A stretch of DNA of 64,000 nucleotides from positions 1-64,000 of the forward strand of contig JAUGWO010000141.1 of assembly GCA_049724395.1 (NCBI GenBank), in the 5' to 3' direction. This document shows positions 60,988 to 64,000 of the stretch, one piece after another. The stretch comes from Spongospora subterranea f. sp. subterranea (taxonomy: Eukaryota). Numbering within the stretch: position 1 is the first letter of the stretch; every line of letters starts with the position of its first letter. The notes under the pieces were generated by a model. It did no database searches. It worked only from the letters and a program-made list of their open reading frames with translations, and was not told the DNA's origin. The translations under genes and the position numbers were made by a program.

Positions 60988-63900
60988 ACATTATCAACCA
61001 GAAACCCTGTCAGGTAACCAAGACTGGTCAACGATAAACCTCAGGTACATTATCAACCAGAAACCCTGTCAGCTAACCCAAGACTGGTCAACGATAAACC
61101 TCAGGTACATTATCAACCAGAAACCCTGTCAGCTAACCCAAGACTGGTCAACGATAAACCTCAGGTACATTATCAACCAGAAACCCTGTCAGCTAACCCA
61201 AACTGGTCAACGATAAACCTGGTCAAGACTGGATAAACCTCAGGTACATTATCAACCAGAAACCCTGTCAGCTAACCCAAGACTGGTCAACGATAAACCT
61301 CAGGTACATTTATCAGCTAACCCAAGACTGGTCAACGATAAACCTCAGGTACATTATCAACCAGAAACCCTGTCAGCTAACCCCTGTCAGCTAACCCAAG
61401 ACTGGTACATTATCAACCAGAAACCCAACGATAAACCTCAGGTACATTATCAACCAGAAACCCTGTCAGCTAACCCAAGACTGGTCAACGATAAACCTCA
61501 GGTACATTATCAACCAGAAACCCTGTCAGCTAACCCAAGACTGGTCAACGATAAACCTCAGGTACATTATCAACCAGAAACCCTGTCAGCTAACCCAAGA
61601 CTGGTCAACGATAAACCTCAGGTACATTATCAACCAGGTACATTATCAACCAGAAACCCTGTCAGCTAACCCAAGACTGGTCAACGATAAACCTCAGGTA
61701 CATTATCAACCAGAAACCCTCAGTCACTGGTCAACGATAAACCTCAGGTACATTATCAACCAGAAACCCTGTCAGCTAACCCAAGACTGGTCAACGATAA
61801 ACCTCAGGTACATTATCAACCAGAAACCCTGTCAGCTAACCCAAGACTGGTCAACGATAAACCTCAGGTACATTATCAACCAGAAACCCTGTCAGCTAAC
61901 CCAAGACTGGTCAACGATAAACCTCAGGTACATTATCAACCAGAAACCCTGTCAGCTAACCCAAGACTGGTCAACGATAAACCTCAGGTACATTATCAAC
62001 CAGAAACCCTGTCAGCTAACCCTGGTCAACGATAAACCTCAGGTACATTATCAACCAGAAACCCTGTCAGCTAACCCAAGACTGGTCAACGATAAACCTC
62101 AGGTACATTATCAACACCCTGTCAGCTATCAACCAGAAACCCTGTCAGCTAACCCAAGACTGGTCAACGATAAACCTCAGGTACATTATCAACCAGAAAC
62201 CCTGGTCAGCTAATCAACCAGAAACCCTGTCAGCTAACCCAAGACTGGTCAACGATAAACCTCAGGTACATTATCAACCAGAAACCCTGTCAGCTAACCC
62301 AACCAGAAACCCTGTCAGCTAACCCAAGACTGGTCAACGATAAACCTCAGGTACATTATCAACCAGAAACCCTGTCAGCTAACCCAAGACTGGTCAACGA
62401 TAAACCTCAGGTACATTATCAACCAGAAACCCTGTCAGCTAACCCAAGACTGGTCAACGATAAACCTCAGGTACATTATCAACCAGAAACCCTGTCAGCT
62501 AACCCAAGACTGGTCAACGATAAACCTCAGGTACATTATCAACCAGAAACCCTGTCAGCTAACCCGATAAACCTCAGGTACATTATCAACCAGAAACCCT
62601 GTCAGCTAACCCGACTGGTCAACGATAAACCTCAGGTACATTATCAACCAGAAACCCTGTCAGCTAACCCAAGACTGGTCAACGATAAACCTCAGGTACA
62701 TTATCAACCAACCCAAGACCAGAAACCCTGTCAGCTAACCCAAGACTGGTCAACGATAAACCTCAGGTACATTATCAACCAGAAACCCTGTCAGCTAACC
62801 CAAGACTGGTCAACGATAAACCTCAGGTACATTATCAACCAGAAACCCTGTCAGGTAACCCAAGTAACTGGTCAACGATAAACCTCAGGTACATTATCAA
62901 CCAGAAACCCTGTCAGCTAACCCAAGACTGGTCAACGATAAACCTCAGGTACATTATCAACCAGAAACCCTGTCAGCTAACCCAAGACTGGTCAACGATA
63001 AACCTCAGGTACATTATCAACCAGAAACCCTGTCAGCTAACCCAAGACTGGTCAACGATAAACCTCAGGTACATTATCAACCAGAAACCCTGTCAGCTAA
63101 CCCAACCAGAAACCCTGTCAGCTAACCCAAGACTGGTCAACGATAAACCTCAGGTACATTATCAACCAGAAACCCTGTCAGCTAACCCAAGACTGGTCAA
63201 CGATAAACCTCAGGTACATTATCAACCAGAAACCCTGTCAGCTAACCCAAGACTGGTCAACGATAAACCTCAGGTACATTATCAACCAGAAACCCTGTCA
63301 GCTAACCCAAGACTGGTCAAACTGGTCAACGATAAACCTCAGGTACATTATCAACCAGAAACCCTGTCAGCTAACCCAACCAGAAACCCTGTCAGCTAAC
63401 CCAAGACTGGTCAACGATAAACCTCAGGTACATTATCAACCAGAAACCCTGTCAGCTAACCCAAGACTGGTCAACGATAAACCTGTCAGCTAACCCAAGA
63501 CTGGTCAACGATAAACCTCAGGTACATTATCAACCAGAAACCCTGTCAGCTAACCCAAGACTGGTCAACGATAAACCTCAGGTACATTATCAACCAGAAA
63601 CCCTGTCAGCTAACCCAAGACTGGTCAACGATAAACCTCAGGTACATTATCAACCAGAAACCCTGTCAGCTAACCCAAGACTGGTCAACGATAAACCTCA
63701 GGTACATTATCAACCAGAAACCCTGTCAGCTAACCCAAGACTGGTCAACGATAAACCTCAGGTACATTATCAACCAGAAACCCTGTCAGCTAACCCAAGA
63801 CTGGTCAACGATAAACCTCAGGTACATTATCAACCAGAAACCCTGTCAGGTAACCCAAGACTGGTCAACGATAAACCTCAGGTACATTATCAACCAGAAA

Positions 63901-64000
63901 CCCTGTGTCAAGACTGGTAACCTCCATTATCAAGACTGGTCAACGATAAACCTCAGGTACATTATCAACCAGAAACAAGGTAACCCAAGACTGGTCAACG
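60988..64000. repeat. 60-bp satellite array, roughly 50 units, running off the window end
   Basis: Monomer CATTATCAACCAGAAACCCTGTCAGCTAACCCAAGACTGGTCAACGATAAACCTCAGGTA; very homogeneous apart from partial units. Confidence 0.98.

Noticed and set aside
60965..64000. Open frame through the satellite (QDWSTINLRYIINQKPCQLT repeats)
   Set aside because: One stop-free frame in a 60-mer is likely by chance, and partial units break the frame often.
60988..64000. True telomere
   Set aside because: It is not a simple short repeat, and the C-rich strand is on plus, the wrong polarity for a right-hand chromosome end.

Overview
Eukaryotic genomic DNA with compact genes and ~45-65 bp spliceosomal introns. 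The gene and transposon style suggests a protist such as a plasmodiophorid, but that is inference only. Bases 1-22.5 kb are a nest of LTR retrotransposons. It holds one intact Copia element (10455-15337) with identical 229-bp TG...TA LTRs, a truncated inverted copy of it, pieces of at least three other Copia families, a near-intact chromodomain Gypsy (16625-21636), a decayed Gypsy, a LINE scrap and a PIF/Harbinger remnant. Bases 25-58 kb are mostly host genes: an NTase-LOTUS-U-box fusion, eIF2B gamma, GINS Sld5, a multi-exon ankyrin gene, an NSUN-type methyltransferase, an RFC small subunit, an HSA-SNF2-like-SANT protein, NDUFA5 and a PH-RhoGAP. A second decayed transposon block lies at 38-44 kb. 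A hAT element with TIRs and an 8-bp TSD (57943-60386) is followed by a 60-bp satellite that runs off the window. Two signals stand out. (1) Different Copia families carry leader arrays of one palindromic motif (TACAC-N4-GTGTA) at different periods (24, ~28 and ~35 bp), and both copies of Copia family A end inside such arrays of other elements. (2) Family A has a primer-binding site matching a tRNA-Asn anticodon arm rather than tRNA-iMet. All calls come from reading the sequence by eye; no searches were run.
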